A model generated the notes under the pieces. The model was not told where the DNA came from. It saw only the letters and a program-made list of their open reading frames with translations, and did not search any database. The position numbers and the translations under genes are program-made. This document shows, piece after piece, positions 19,728 through 32,800 of a stretch of 59,142 nt of DNA; position 1 is the first letter of the stretch; each line of letters starts with the position of its first letter. The stretch spans positions 1 to 59,142 of the forward strand of contig JAUCBJ010000082.1 in assembly GCA_032718475.1 (NCBI GenBank), written 5' to 3'. This DNA is from Nemertoderma westbladi (taxonomy: Eukaryota > Animalia > Xenacoelomorpha).

Positions 19728-22700
19728 TGTAAGGGTCCAGTAGTATACCGATACCGCTTACCAGATCCTAGTAACGATGGGGTATATCTTTTGCGTAGAG
19801 GTATAGCCTACATAGAGGCTTCATGTAGGTATGTGTAGCCTACATGTAGATGCACGTGTAGGGTGAATGTAGGTAGGTGTAGTCCCATAGATATTAATGT
19901 AATTTATGTGTCAACTTGCAGTAATGTGATACACGGTCGTCAATCAGGATGTATGGCAATAATCTCTGATCTCCACGGTACAATACGGTACATCAACCTG
20001 CAGACCTGTCTGCTGTCAGACAACAGGTTTTACTGCATACTGCAGTACTGTATAAATATCAAACATCGCGTTCTGATTATACTAAAGTCCCTTACTCGTC
20101 ATAAATATTATGCCCTAATAAATTTGAGTATGCTAACGCCACGAAAGGCATCGTTCCATTAGATTAACTCGTTCTGATTTATATGTTTATTGAGTAAGAG
20201 TAACCTAAACAAGAACAGCCATCATCGCGGGGACTATACTGCTATAGTCTACCAGAAACCCTGACCCCCCTCTGCCCCTCTTTATCTGTTTATCAACCAT
20301 ACATCCATGGGACTTGAACAGTACTTCAGCATTGAAATGTTTTGGACGTTTTGTTTTGAAAGTAAAAATATAGAAGTCTGGAAGTTTTGTTTGTTTTAAT
20401 TTTTCAGGCAGTCACATTCCACCAACCAGCAACAGTCCCATCCCTTCCCACTATCCCGCGGACCACCACACTGTTTCATTATAAAGTATTCCCATCTCGA
20501 TGATGGGAATTAATCAGTAATCCGATGGGATTCAAATCCCATCTCGAAGTAACAGCAAAACAATAACACGAAAGTCATAATAGCTTTACATTACAGTTAT
20601 ATTTGATTGCATTGAAAGTTAATAGAAAGAAGAAGTTAAATTGCATATCCATTAAAATATCATGAAATTGATACGGCAGTTTATTAGATTAAAACGGCCA
20701 CAGCAAGATTTATAAAATGAAAAATAAGTAAAATCAGCACAGCACACAATATTATCAATATAGACATTGAAGACAATTTAATAAACAATAAATACTATAA
20801 AAAAATATCTACTATAACAATCAATACATGATATATATAATATATATACATCAGCGACTACCATCGCCACTCTGGTTCAATCAGTCAGTCCGGTATCATT
20901 GTTAGCGTTTTGTTGAATTACCCACTCATCCTCAGACCCTCATGGACACCGACGACAAGCTCTAACCCTAACCGTTAGTCGATTTCTCCTTGACTGGAAA
21001 CATCTGGTTCGGGCAGTTCGGCCCATACAAAGTCATTAGCCTCCATGCCTGAACCCGCAGGATCATAAGATCTACAGTATGTATCGGTATATCGTTCAGT
21101 CGTTTTTTTTTGCAGTCGTTCGTAGTATTGATAGGCTCCGTCTCGTGGGTATTCAGGGGACCCCCATTCGACGTATTCGCATCTCCTCCTGGTTGTTTCG
21201 GGTACCACCGCCCGCCATATGCGCATCTCTTCGTGGTTGTTCCGGGTACCACCCCCGTTCGCCGCATTCGCATCTCATCGAGGAAGTTCGGGTCCGGGTA
21301 CCCCGTGTAGGCCTATTCATTCATCATTGTTGTTTTTAAAGACCTACCTACACCTACCTACATTCACCCTACACGTGCATCTACATGTAGGCTACACATA
21401 CCTACATGTAGCCTCTATGTAGGCTATACCTCTACGCAAAAGTTATACCCGTAACGATGTATCTTACTATGAGACTCTAGTAATGTATACGGGCTCGTAC
21501 AGTATCTGACAACAAATCCCAGTCCAGGATATCTAAACAAACACATTACACAAACAAAAATGATACAGTACACAAACGACTACTGGCGAGGAACAGAGCC
21601 TAGTATCAATTCTATGTACGTGAGCGGGTCTAATGCCTACGTACTAGACAGAAGGATACCTGTCCTCTAACCGGTGAGGCAGATGTACAGTTACAGTAAC
21701 AGACCAAACTCACGGGAAAACAATCCCCGCGCAGCGAATCCTAACTATCACTGACAGTCCTAAATACAGTAACTTGCCGCGGTGTGATTTATATGGTTTA
21801 TATACGAGCTAGTGGGTTAACAGACCTAGCGTAACAACACTGACAGTCCTAAATCAGTCGAAAAGGGGTCGTACCTAAATGTAACCATAACTGCTGGACA
21901 GAAAACAACAGTTTAATAACGAAAGTGAAATACTCCTTATTGCCGCAACTAAATCAGATCCTAATTTTACAAATACAGACAATTTCCACCTAAAGTAATG
22001 TATAGTACGCTATAGCTAGTAGAACTTTAAGGGCAATATGTTTTAGGGCGTGTGTGTGTGGGTGTGTTACAAATAAAACAATTTCGTGTAATTCCTTTAC
22101 TAGGTTTTGTGATTTTCTGACTAAATGATACCGTGCGCTAGCTACTAAAATAAACTAGTCGCGTTTGTAGAACTTTATACTCACGAATGACGTCAAAGCT
22201 CTCTCCTTCCTATCCACAACCCAATGGGCAACCACAGTGTTAGTAACTACACCCGTGATCGGCACTAATACCAGATTCTGGTTGTAAGATAAGAATAGGG
22301 GTTAATCGCTACCGTACGTTAGCTGATCTGGTATACTAATTTTAATTCTAGAACTTTGTTGCTGCGGTAGTTAGCAGCAATACCTATCAGTACGTGGCAA
22401 GGCGCGGTAGGATATTAATAAACCTCCCTAGGCCAAGCAGTGTGCCGGTAGCAGAAATACTCCTTGCCTGATCAAATAGCTAACTCCAGACAGGGGGGGG
22501 GGGGGGGGTACTAATGTACGTTCTGCAAAGCGAACCGGTACCAAACAGTCAGTGCTACGACTCACTAAATTATGGAACATATGCTGTCCGTACCTAATAT
22601 GTACTCGCGTACTGACGAATGGCAATAGTTCGCACCTGTAGGAAGTACAGGTTAACCCAGGGATTCGTAGGACTTGACAAAAGGGGGGGGGGTTGTCTGG

Positions 22701-23257
22701 ATATAATTATTTGATCCTAAATTTGCGGCGTCCAGTACGGTGTCACGCTTACCCTGATCTATAGGTCTTACGGCGGGCAAGGGCGTCGAACAAAGTCTTA
22801 CCTTCTCACAAAGCGGGCGCTGCATAGCAAGTGGAGTATTTCGAAGGGGCAAAGGGGGTGCGCGGTCGATCCAATGTGGGCGCTAGTGTGTTGTGGACAT
22901 CCCTTCCCTGCGTTGCTTACGGCCTAACGGTCTAAGCTGCCATCTCCCTGATGTTCGGCTGTCCCGAAGTTGGACCAAAAGAAAACATGTCAGGAATTTG
23001 CAGTATATTTACAGTTTTACAAAGAATTATCAAACGAAGTTTCAACAAGAAACCGAATAAACTAATTTTAACTAATACTAATAGGAGCTAAGAAGTAGTA
23101 GAAGGTGTGGTGATAACCGAAGGCAAACCGGCCTTTTATACTAAATATTGCACATGGAAACTAAACAGAATTTTCCACAGCTTCACAATTGAGCAATAAA
23201 GTGCTTCGTGCCCTATGATTGGCCCAGCTCATCGTTCAACGCAGTCCGGCCCTTACA
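19728..23257 (-). repeat. 5' LTR of the BEL/Pao element, interrupted by a DNA transposon
   Basis: Direct repeat of 5890-7721 with small indels (an extra ATACCG at ~19745 and a ~20-bp insert near 21545). TATA at 23133-23140 on the minus strand. Confidence 0.9.
19780..21450. mobile_element. Non-autonomous TIR DNA transposon, Mutator/MULE-like (1671 bp)
   Basis: ~103-bp terminal inverted repeats (GGGTATAWCTTTTGCGTAGAGG...) with about 2 mismatches. A 9-bp TSD GTAACGATG sits at 19771-19779 and 21451-21459, and the empty site is visible in the other LTR. No transposase is present. Confidence 0.88.
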
Positions 23258-23377
23258 CTAATCTGGGACATGGAATCCTAACAGAATTTTCCACTGCCTC
23301 ACATTTGAGCAATAAGGTAATTTATGCCCTATGATTGGCCTGGCTCATTATTCGATACGTTGTAGCGAATTAGTGTA

Positions 23378-25534
23378 TTGGTATACTTCTGGGGGACTCC
23401 TTCTTGGTATACTTCTGGGGGACTCCTTATTGGTATACTTCTGGGGGACTCCTTCTTGGTATACTTCTGGGGGACTCCTTATTGGTATACTTCTGGGGGA
23501 CTCCTTCTTGGTATACTTCTGGGGGACTCCTTATTGGTATACTTCTGGGGGACTCCTCATTGGTATACTTCTGGGGGACTCCTTATTGGTATACTTCTGG
23601 GGGACTCCTCATTGGTATACTTCTGGGGGACTCCTTATTGGTATGCTTCTGGGGGACTCCTTCTTGGTATACTTCTGGGGGACTCCTTATTGGTATACTT
23701 CTAGGGGACTCCTTCTTGGTATACTTCTGGGGGACTCCTTCTTGGTATACTTCTGGGGGACTCCTTCTTGGTATACTTCTGGGGGACTCCTTATTGGTAT
23801 ACTTCTGGGGGACTCCTTCTTGGTATACTTCTGGGGGACTCCTTCTTGGTATACTTCTGGGGGACTCCTTATTGGTATACTTCTAGGGGACTCCTTCTTG
23901 GTATACTTCTGGGGGACTCCTTCTTGGTATACTTCTGGGGGACTCCTTCTTGGTATACTTCTGGGGGACTCCTTATTGGTATACTTCTGGGGGACTCCTT
24001 CTTGGTATACTTCTGGGGGACTCCTTATTGGTATACTTCTGGGGGACTCCTTCTTGGTATACTTCTGGGGGACTCCTTCTTGGTATACTTCTGGGGGACT
24101 CCTTCTTGGTATACTTCTGGGGGACTCCTTATTGGTATACTTCTGGGGGACTCCTTATTGGTATACTTCTGGGGGACTCCTTATTGGTATACTTCTGGGG
24201 GACTCCTCATTGGTATACTTCTGGGGGACTCCTTATTGGTATACTTCTGGGGGACTCCTTATTGGTATACTTCTGGGGGACTCCTTCTTGGTATACTTCT
24301 GGGGGACTCCTTATTGGTATACTTCTGGGGGACTCCTTCTTGGTACTTCTGGGGGACTCCTTATTGGTATACTTCTGGGGGACTCCTTCTTGGTATACTT
24401 CTGGGGACTCCTTATTGGTATACTTCTGGGGGACTCCTTATTGGTATACTTCTTGGGTGACTCCTTATTGGTATACTTCTGGGGGACTCCTTCTTGGTAT
24501 ACTTCTGGTGGACTCCTTCTTGGTATACTTCTGGGGGACTCCTTATTGGTATACTTCTGGGGGACTCCTTATTGGTATACTTCTGGGGGACTCCTTATTG
24601 GTATACTTCTGGGGGACTCCTTATTGGTATACTTCTGGGGGACTCCTTATTGGTATACTTCTGGGGGACTCCTTATTGGTATACTTCTGGGGGACTCCTT
24701 ATTGGTATACTTCTGGGGGACTCCTTCTTGGTATACTTCTGGGGGACTCCTTATTGGTATACTTCTGGGGGACTCCTTATTGGTATACTTCTGGGGGACT
24801 CCTTATTGGTATACTTCTGGGGGACTCCTTATTGGTATACTTCTGGGGGACTCCTTCTTGGTATACTTCTGGGGGACTCCTTCTTGGTATACTTCTGGGG
24901 GACTCCTTATTGGTATACTTCTGGGGGACTCCTTATTGGTATACTTCTGGGGGACTCCTTATTGGTATACTTCTGGGGGACTCCTTATTGGTATACTTCT
25001 GGGGGACTCCTTATTGGTATACTTCTGGGGGACTCCTTATTGGTATACTTCTGGGGGACTCCTTATTGGTATACTTCTGGGGGACTCCTTATTGGTATAC
25101 TTTCTGGGGGACTCCTTATTGGTATACTTCTGGGGGACTCCTTATTGGTATACTTCTGGGGGACTCCTTATTGGTATACTTCTGGGGGACTCCTTATTGG
25201 TATACTTCTGGGGGACTCCTTATTGGTATACTTCTGGGGGACTCCTTATTGGTATACTTCTGGGGGACTCCTTCTTGGTATACTTCTGGGGGACTCCTTA
25301 TTGGTATACTTCTGGGGGACTCCTTATTGGTATACTTCTGGGGGACTCCTTATTGGTATACTTCTGGGGGACTCCTTCTTGGTATACTTCTGGGGGACTC
25401 CTTCTTGGTATACTTCTGGGGGACTCCTTCTTGGTATACTTCTGGGGGACTCCTTCTTGGTATACTTCTGGGGGACTCCTTCTTGGTATACTTCTGGGGG
25501 ACTCCTTCTTGGTATACTTCTGGGGGACTCCTTC
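23378..25534 (+). repeat. 26-bp tandem satellite, right half (~83 copies)
   Basis: Same monomer and orientation as 3690-5889. Confidence 0.98.
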
Positions 25535-25539
25535 TCTCC

Positions 25540-26240
25540 TACCTGTAATGATATATTTATATCTGATCCATCAATGACCTGGTATTTATTCCTGGAATCC
25601 CCGCGGCATACAGAACGGTTTAGACGTAATACATCACTGGTGTAATCAAAACGGTATGGAACTAAATCTAAACAAAACAAAAATTATAAAGTTCGGGAAA
25701 GGTGGCCGGCTCGCCAATAAATTTTATTATGATGGGAATATCATTGAGATCTGTAATGAATATTAATAATATTTAGGAGTGACTCTCCGACCCACAATTA
25801 TTTTCACCAAACATATTAATGCGGAAAAAGCGAAAAGCGTTTGCTGCAATGGGATGCCTTTCGAATCTAGATCTTTTATCAGTTGATACGGGGATGAAAA
25901 TCTTCCATAAGAAATTCTACGTGACATACGCGTTCCCTGTCATAGGAAAATTTCTAACCGTAAACAACTTAAAAGAACTCAACATAATTAAGGCAAGATC
26001 TGTTGCCTGCTAGGACTGTCAAAAACTAGGATGGCTCTCAGAGTCGTAAATTAAAAAACATTCTGTGAGGACATTATTGATAAAACACTGAACGTTTTCA
26101 AACTCGAAATAATTGAAGACTACAGACGAGACCGTTATGATAATTTTATAAACCAGGGCTACTTAAATGGACCGGCGTTTATAAATCCCTCTTACTTGGA
26201 AAGGAGCTCTCCAACAGAACCGCCATATCATAACTAGAAC
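25540..26240 (+). pseudogene. Decayed non-LTR (LINE) reverse transcriptase C-terminal fragment
   Basis: Broken frames give MELNLNKTKIIKFGKGGRL, EICNEY*-YLGVTL...FTKHI and LSVDTGMKIFH...LTVNNLKELNIIKA, typical of post-YxDD LINE RT sequence. Confidence 0.6.
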
Positions 26241-26575
26241 TACGGCCCATGGTTGGCACTTCAAATTATACACAAACTCTGAACCATTCCACGATCGATC
26301 GGATCAGTGTTGATGCAGCTTTTGCGGCGGCTCAGTCTGTACCACGTGCTAGACTGCCCCAACCGTCCCTCTTAAAATCTTTATTGAATTCTGTGAAATT
26401 TTAAAGTCTATTTTAACGTGATATTTTCAACTATGTTGTTTTAATTTATATTGTATTTGTAACGATTAAACAATCATTTATCCCGATAATGGGGTGTATA
26501 TATTTAAAAAATATATATATAAAGTCAAGTTTTTTCGGCCGACAGACCAGACACAAAGTCTGGCGTCTTATTTCC

Positions 26576-26658
26576 AGTGCGGGGATCGAACCCACGACCT
26601 CCGAGATATGTGAATTCAATGCAACCAAAACACCAAACTATACAATACCATCCGCACT
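26576..26658 (-). other. tRNA-derived SINE head / tRNA-like pseudogene
   Basis: B-box in GGAGGTCGTGGGTTCGATCCCC, with AGTGCGG/CCGCACT pairing at the ends; non-canonical cloverleaf. Confidence 0.45.
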
Positions 26659-27274
26659 AACACTGAAAATATATCTAACATTATCGTTCCCAAAATTTGT
26701 TGTTCAGACTTTTAGAATATATTGTATAACATTGGTGTGATGTGTAGCAATGGAGTTGTATGTAGTATGGTATCTTATCAAAGGTGTCAACTTCTGAATG
26801 TCAAAACGCTATGCCAAATAATGCCCCCCAAATACAACTTTTATACAAGATGCGCCGATATACCGTAACAAATGTAAATGCAAAATAATCAACCGTGGGA
26901 AAACAAACAGATTTGTAATAACGATTGCATCCGATTTCTAACCCAAATAAACCGCCAATCATTGAAGGTAGACAAGCCCCCCTGCTCAGATACAAACACC
27001 TATAATAACCCTATATTAGGGCCCTTCTACTCACACGAGGGCCTATTCTATAAGTTCCCACAACCTACAGCTACTTGCTACTCTATGGGTGGTTAATGTA
27101 CATCCATATACCCACTTATATAAAACGCCTTTTTGAGTTTTTTGTTAACAAAACCTGTTTGACTGCCGCACGGAAACTCTGAATTATCATTACAAAAATT
27201 GCACAAAACATCAATTGTATTTTGTGGTTAAAAAGACTTTTTTACTATTTTATAAAAAGCGTTTAAAAGTAAAA

Positions 27275-28905
27275 ATGTCAAGTAAATTTGAAAAGCCCCA
27301 ACTGTCTTATATTACAATGATTGGCGGTGCTATTTTGGATTCGGGGCACAAGAGATTATTGTTAGGGGACATTTACGAATACATTCAGGATAAATGGCCT
27401 TATTTCAGGGACACAAAGGAAAAGTCATGGAGGAATGCAGTTCGACACAACCTCAGTCTTAACGAGTGTTTTATAAAGGTAACCCTTAGCTACTACGGAA
27501 ATTTCATAAAGGTACACCTAGTTATTACGGATGTTTTATAAATGTACACCTTAGTTACTGTACTACAAGTTTTAAAATGGTGACGCAATTAATAGAAACA
27601 ATAAGTATCATAGCAAGTACAATGCACACATCTCCAACCAGACACTATATAACATTGGAGGTGTCTCATTGGTTCCCCCAAGCTTGACACTAGAACAAAA
27701 TCGCCTCCGCTTTGCAGGATATTGCTTTCGCCGTGAGGACCAGCCAGTGCATAATCTTGTACTTTGGCAGCCTCATGGAGTGAATAAGCATGGTGGACAG
27801 CCCATGACTTTCTTGAGACGCATTTTAAAGGGCACTGGCCTTGAAGATGCGGAATATCTAGCAAATGTCATGGGTGATAGGGAGTTGTGGCGGCGCAATT
27901 TTGTCGACAAGCTGGCACAGCATTTTTAAAAATGCAGCTGCAATGCAGCATGCCGATCCTAGTTACGATGCTATTAGCAAGAACCTTTTAATTGCGTCGA
28001 TTTCTCACTGGTGACGGTTGGCTATGTATTACATTAAGTTCCCCACCCATAACTAATGCAAGATTTCCCTTTTCCTTTATTAATTTTGATTGGCAGGTTG
28101 GTCGCACTGACAACGGGAAAGGCAACTACTGGGCTATACATCCAGCTTGTTACGATGGATTCAGCGCCGGCGACTTCACCAGGAAGAAAGCGAGGAATAG
28201 CGTGAAAGAATACGAGGGGGCCTACAGAAGACGTCTTGTAGTCAACTACCCCGGTTGCTATGCATGTATGAACTGCTGGTGCAGGAATGCTACAGTCCCG
28301 GAGGTAAGAGAGATGTTATACTCAAGTAGGTATGTTAGAATGGCAATCTGCTACAGTACTTGAGTACATTTATAAAAAACAAGTATTTTACATAAGCTGA
28401 AAAAAAATTTTCAATTTTCATATCAAAAACTCAGATAAAAAGGACCTAAATGTAATACTTAATCACACCTTTTAATAAAAAGATACAAAACTGAAGAGTA
28501 TTAATAAATAACAAACTTAACGCGTGATACAGATAAAGATAAAGTGATCGGTGGTTAAAAGTGTTTCAACAACATTTTGCCTAAGATTAAATGATTACTT
28601 TGTTTATTCAGGTCAATGTGAAACTAAGTGACAACCCAATGGAAAGCAGCAGTTTGCGATCGTTAAACTCGCTATCGGTTGCCGGTGGCGATGAGTTTAT
28701 ACTAGACAGTTCGAAGAGCGAAAGTACCCGTACGGGCGTGGCGTACGATGTGTGGGGAGCGCGAACAAACACCAATGGGTGCGCGCCAGTCTCCCTGGAA
28801 ACAGCCGATTCAACCCGGAGATTCATAGACTGGCTACATATGTACTCTATAAGCCGTAGCCATGGAGACACAAACTCCCCTGGAATGTGGAGACCTTGGA
28901 AGTAA
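27275..28905 (+). CDS. foxQ2: Forkhead transcription factor, FoxQ2-like, 3 exons (27275-27478, 28097-28303, 28612-28905), ~234 aa
   Basis: Forkhead domain KPQLSYITMIGGAILDSGHKRLLLGDIYEYI...KSWRNAVRHNLSLNECFIK|VGRTDNGKGNYWAIHPA...GDF. The LLLxDIY and NGKGNYWAIHPA/GDF motifs fit FoxQ2. Both introns are GT-AG phase 0 and keep the frame. Confidence 0.85.
27610..27958 (+). mobile_element. RTE-like LINE 3' fragment in foxQ2 intron 1
   Basis: Near-identical reverse complement of ~46255-46595 (VPPSLTLEQNRLRFAG...RREDQPVHNLVLWQP). Confidence 0.85.
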
Positions 28906-29110
28906 TGCTTTGTAAACCGGCAATATAAGTAGATATAGATATTTTTTATTTTATCAAAAGAAAACTTTAAGGTATACCGGTAATTTATAAATTATTGTGT
29001 AATTTTACGACGGTCACCACAAATATAAATATCAAGAGTCCGGAGCACAAATCGCAGTTTACATAATTAAACCTTATATGTACGATACAAAACAAACCGG
29101 TAACTCTAGG

Positions 29111-29225
29111 CAAGTAAATAAACTCGCATTTATTATGCACGATAATATCTTACTGTAAGTAAATAAACTCGCATTTATTATGCACGATAATATCTTACTG
29201 TAAGTAAATAAACCCGCATTTATTA
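29111..29225 (+). repeat. 45-bp tandem repeat, ~2.5 copies
   Basis: AAGTAAATAAACTCGCATTTATTATGCACGATAATATCTTACTGT repeated. Confidence 0.8.
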
Positions 29226-29824
29226 AGCACAAGAATGGTCTAATCACGTTTACTTTTTAGTCGTATGTGAAATGTGTGTTTGTGCGTCACTTGTGTGCGA
29301 CTCCTGTGTCAGTAGTGAGTTGAGGTGATAATAGGATACAGGGGGGGGGGGGGGGGGGGGGGGTTCTTTTCTGTTAAAAATCACCTGTTATCTATGTGGT
29401 ACGTCGACTTATGTAGACGACTATACAAGGTTAAATAATTCACATTTTCACGCTCACTATTTCCACAGGACTATTTTTGTATAAATAAACTTTGCAATTC
29501 ATCAGTTCCGCTAATAATATATTCGGTAATTAAAGTATAATTATCTACTGTACAACATCCTAGACTACATTACAAACAGCTATACTTTTCTCAATTGTAT
29601 TAGTTACCATCGATGTTAATAAAAAAAAAATTGTAAAACAAATTAGTACAATTAAATTATGATTCCTATGTCTACATAGATACATCTAGATTGAATAAAT
29701 AAATTAAAACTTTGAAGACAATTTACGTCGACTGCGATATGAAATTCATATTCTATAAAATAGATAAACTATGAAAACTACACTTTGTAAATTCGATTGT
29801 TAGTTGTCACTACAACTATCGCAA

Positions 29825-32800
29825 CTATTGGATCCGCAGCACAATTTTGGAAAATTGCTTTGTTTTGAGTTTCTCGAAGGCGGATTTAAACTCAGTGATT
29901 GGTAGCACCTGTCCACCGACTCTATCCAATGTCAGGTGCCCTTTGTTGTGGAACTCTGTAACTAACTCCAGCCCATCAGTAAAGGTACCGGGGTACATGA
30001 GAGCCCCCGTAACCGTGCATTCTTGGCCGCAAATCTTCGACGGACTTACTGTCATCTGCAGAGAACCAGCAGGTTAAATAATATTATTATAATGAAAATC
30101 AATTATGTTACATTTAGGGGCAACTATCCCATATAATAACAATGGTTCCTATCCCTAACTCTGTCTCTCTCTCTATTACCAGCTACTCCCTAACAATGGT
30201 TCCTAACCTTATCTTTAGGACCAGCTAACCCATATATAACAATGGTCCCGCCTCCACGCAGATACACAAACGATTCTTCCATGGCCTGCGCATTACCAGA
30301 ACAATCAAAAATGATATCGAATCCGCGACAAGGATTATCTTTATCATTCTCGTACTCCTAGAAAATAAATTAAACATTTTAATCCGTAATAACGAAACAC
30401 TACATAGAAACAAAAATATTTCTTAGCTTAAAAAGATACACCTGTTTTTATATCTATCTGTAATCGAGGTAACACGTATCTACAAAATAATTGCTCTGCC
30501 CAATTCCCTATCCCCCATGACTTTCGCGAGATTATCCGAATCTTCAACCACAGTGTTCTTTAAGAGGTGTCGCAAGAGAGTCGTGGGTTGTCGATTCTGC
30601 TTATTCTCTCTCAGGAGGCCGCCAAAGCAAACTATCGTGTACGGGCTGGTTTCACGGCGAAAGCAAAGTCCTGCAAAGCGGAGGCGGGTTTGTTCAAGTG
30701 TCAAGCTTGCGGGGACGGATGAAGAAACCCTCAAAGCTGATGTATCGGAACTGTTTATTAGTATTCCGGGAATTCTAACCTGTTTAACTTGATCCGGATG
30801 CAAGCCCTTAACGCCAGCCAATCCCAGCTTAGCAACATTATCTAGTCTCACCTGGGACCTGTTAGTTACTGTTATATTCTGTAAACCGTATTTCCTGAAA
30901 AGACAATGTTCTTGAATAAATAAATGGTTATGAAGCAAGCTCATATTGCATTTAAATATTAAACCGACAGCCCCGACGGCCTGACACGCGACGAATTGCA
31001 ATTGAGAAGCATTTTAACCCCCTTCTGCGTCCCTCGGTTACTTTCTTTTGAATGACATTAGGTACAGTAAGTATTAAATGAACATCATTTTACTATTGAT
31101 TTTTGTCAAACATTGTTCTAAAATTCTGTCATTACTTCTATAAATAGTACAATGTTACAAATAAATACCAAATTTAATTGAAATAGTCCTAGGATTATTT
31201 AAACTGATTATTCAATAAATACATTCCAACTAAAATCTTTTCAATGTTGTTGTTCAAACATTCAAACTTCACATTATTCATACATTAAAAAACGTATAAT
31301 TTTAATTATCATTTCAACAACAGTAGGAATATACTGGCTCCGAATCAATATAGGATGACTCACAGAGAGAGAATTAGAGCCGAGGCCAGCCCAGCAATAC
31401 CGGCTCCAATAATAAGAACAATTGGTTGCTGATCCAACTGGCCCTTAACTAGGTCTACCATGTGGCTGAGACAGGCGAATGGTTCCGCCAAGACCGCGAT
31501 CTCATCGGGTAGAGAGGGGCTGATTGGGTGGATTCTATCCTCCGATATAACTACGTAGTCTGCGTAGCCACCCTCAGCACCACCCTGTTATATACTGATA
31601 AGTTACTTTCAGTTTCCTTTGAGGTGGTGGTTTGGATCTAAGTACTTTAACAGTTTTTTAATATAACTACCGTTTACATGCTGGGATATGGTCGGATGAT
31701 GTACTGCTGTACTGACATGCTGAATTATTTAAGTGCTTCTGTACTTCCCTTTAAATCAGCCTACCGTGTCTGGTATGGTTGATAAACCGGACCTGTACTT
31801 AATAAATCTGGGATAATTAATACCTAATACATTTTACTTTATTTCTTCTATACTTCCGATGTGAAGGATACAACATGGCGCAGCGTATGGCTTGACCCAG
31901 CGGGCTCAAAATTCAGCAATGTCTATAGAATCGGATGACTGGTTGGAACTCACTCCGGATGAAATAGAAGATCTGGATCGCCAGTCGTTAATTAAACACT
32001 GCACATTCGCTGGTGTTTCTTTCGATGCCAAAACATCAAGTATGATAATGCGTAAACGTTTACTGAAACTCCTCCAATCCGGTGAGGAGTCGAGCATACC
32101 TCCAGTTACTCAATCCGTCGACCTAGCTAACTTGCTAATTCAACTCGAACAACAACGCCGCGAAGATAATTTACGCCGCGAACATCGGGAAGAACAGCAA
32201 CGGGCTGTCGACGAACAACGCCGCGCCGACGAGCGGGCCGAGATGGTCCAAATCCTGGCTCAGTTCGGACGCGCACCTCCTGCTACCGGTACCGGTCCGA
32301 CAACTTCTCGAACTTCCGATCAGGCGAGCGCGAAGCTACAACTTCGAACTCCCGATATTCTCGAGGTCGACATGCGATACCGCCAGTTTAAACACTGGGA
32401 ATCTACTTGGAGGAACTACGTTCGTGTCACAAAGTTGACAGATAAACCCAGGGAAGATCAGATTGCTGCTCTCTTCTCCTACTGCAGCTCGGACTTACTG
32501 AACCGCATCCACTATACTATGGGAATTCCCCAAGACACTGATAAAACAATGGATGAGATTCTTACCGAGATTCGCACCTATCTTCGAGGCGAACAAAATA
32601 TCGCTGTCGATCGGTATAAATTACTGAGTCAGCGACAACAGGAAGGCCAATCGTTCGAGGAATTTTACGTAAAACTTCGCGAGTCCTCTGACGACGCAAT
32701 GATCGAACAGATGACGCCAGACGATTGGATTTTAACCCTGTTGATCTGTGGAATTTCCGACGACGAAACCCGTTGCGAGGTGTTTGGTAAAAAACCCCCC

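Larger units (their letters stand above)
5890..23257 (-). mobile_element. BEL/Pao LTR retrotransposon, full length, inserted in the 26-bp satellite
   Basis: Two near-identical LTRs with TGTAAGGG...CCCTTACA inverted termini flank a single gag-pol ORF with Pao-type domains. LTR-like homology continues ~105 bp beyond 23257, so the right boundary could be as far as ~23377. Confidence 0.93.

Noticed and set aside
29341-29363. Long poly-G tracts (also 45631-45654)
   Set aside because: They are simple homopolymers of uncertain length with no further structure.
30228-30230. Alternative exon 5 donor (TATGG|GTTAGC)
   Set aside because: It would create a stop at the start of exon 6. The donor at 30207 keeps the frame.
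31586-31602. In-frame splice rescue of the dehydrogenase via LTR-derived acceptors
   Set aside because: Both nearby AGs (TCAG and AACAG) put exon 3 out of frame.
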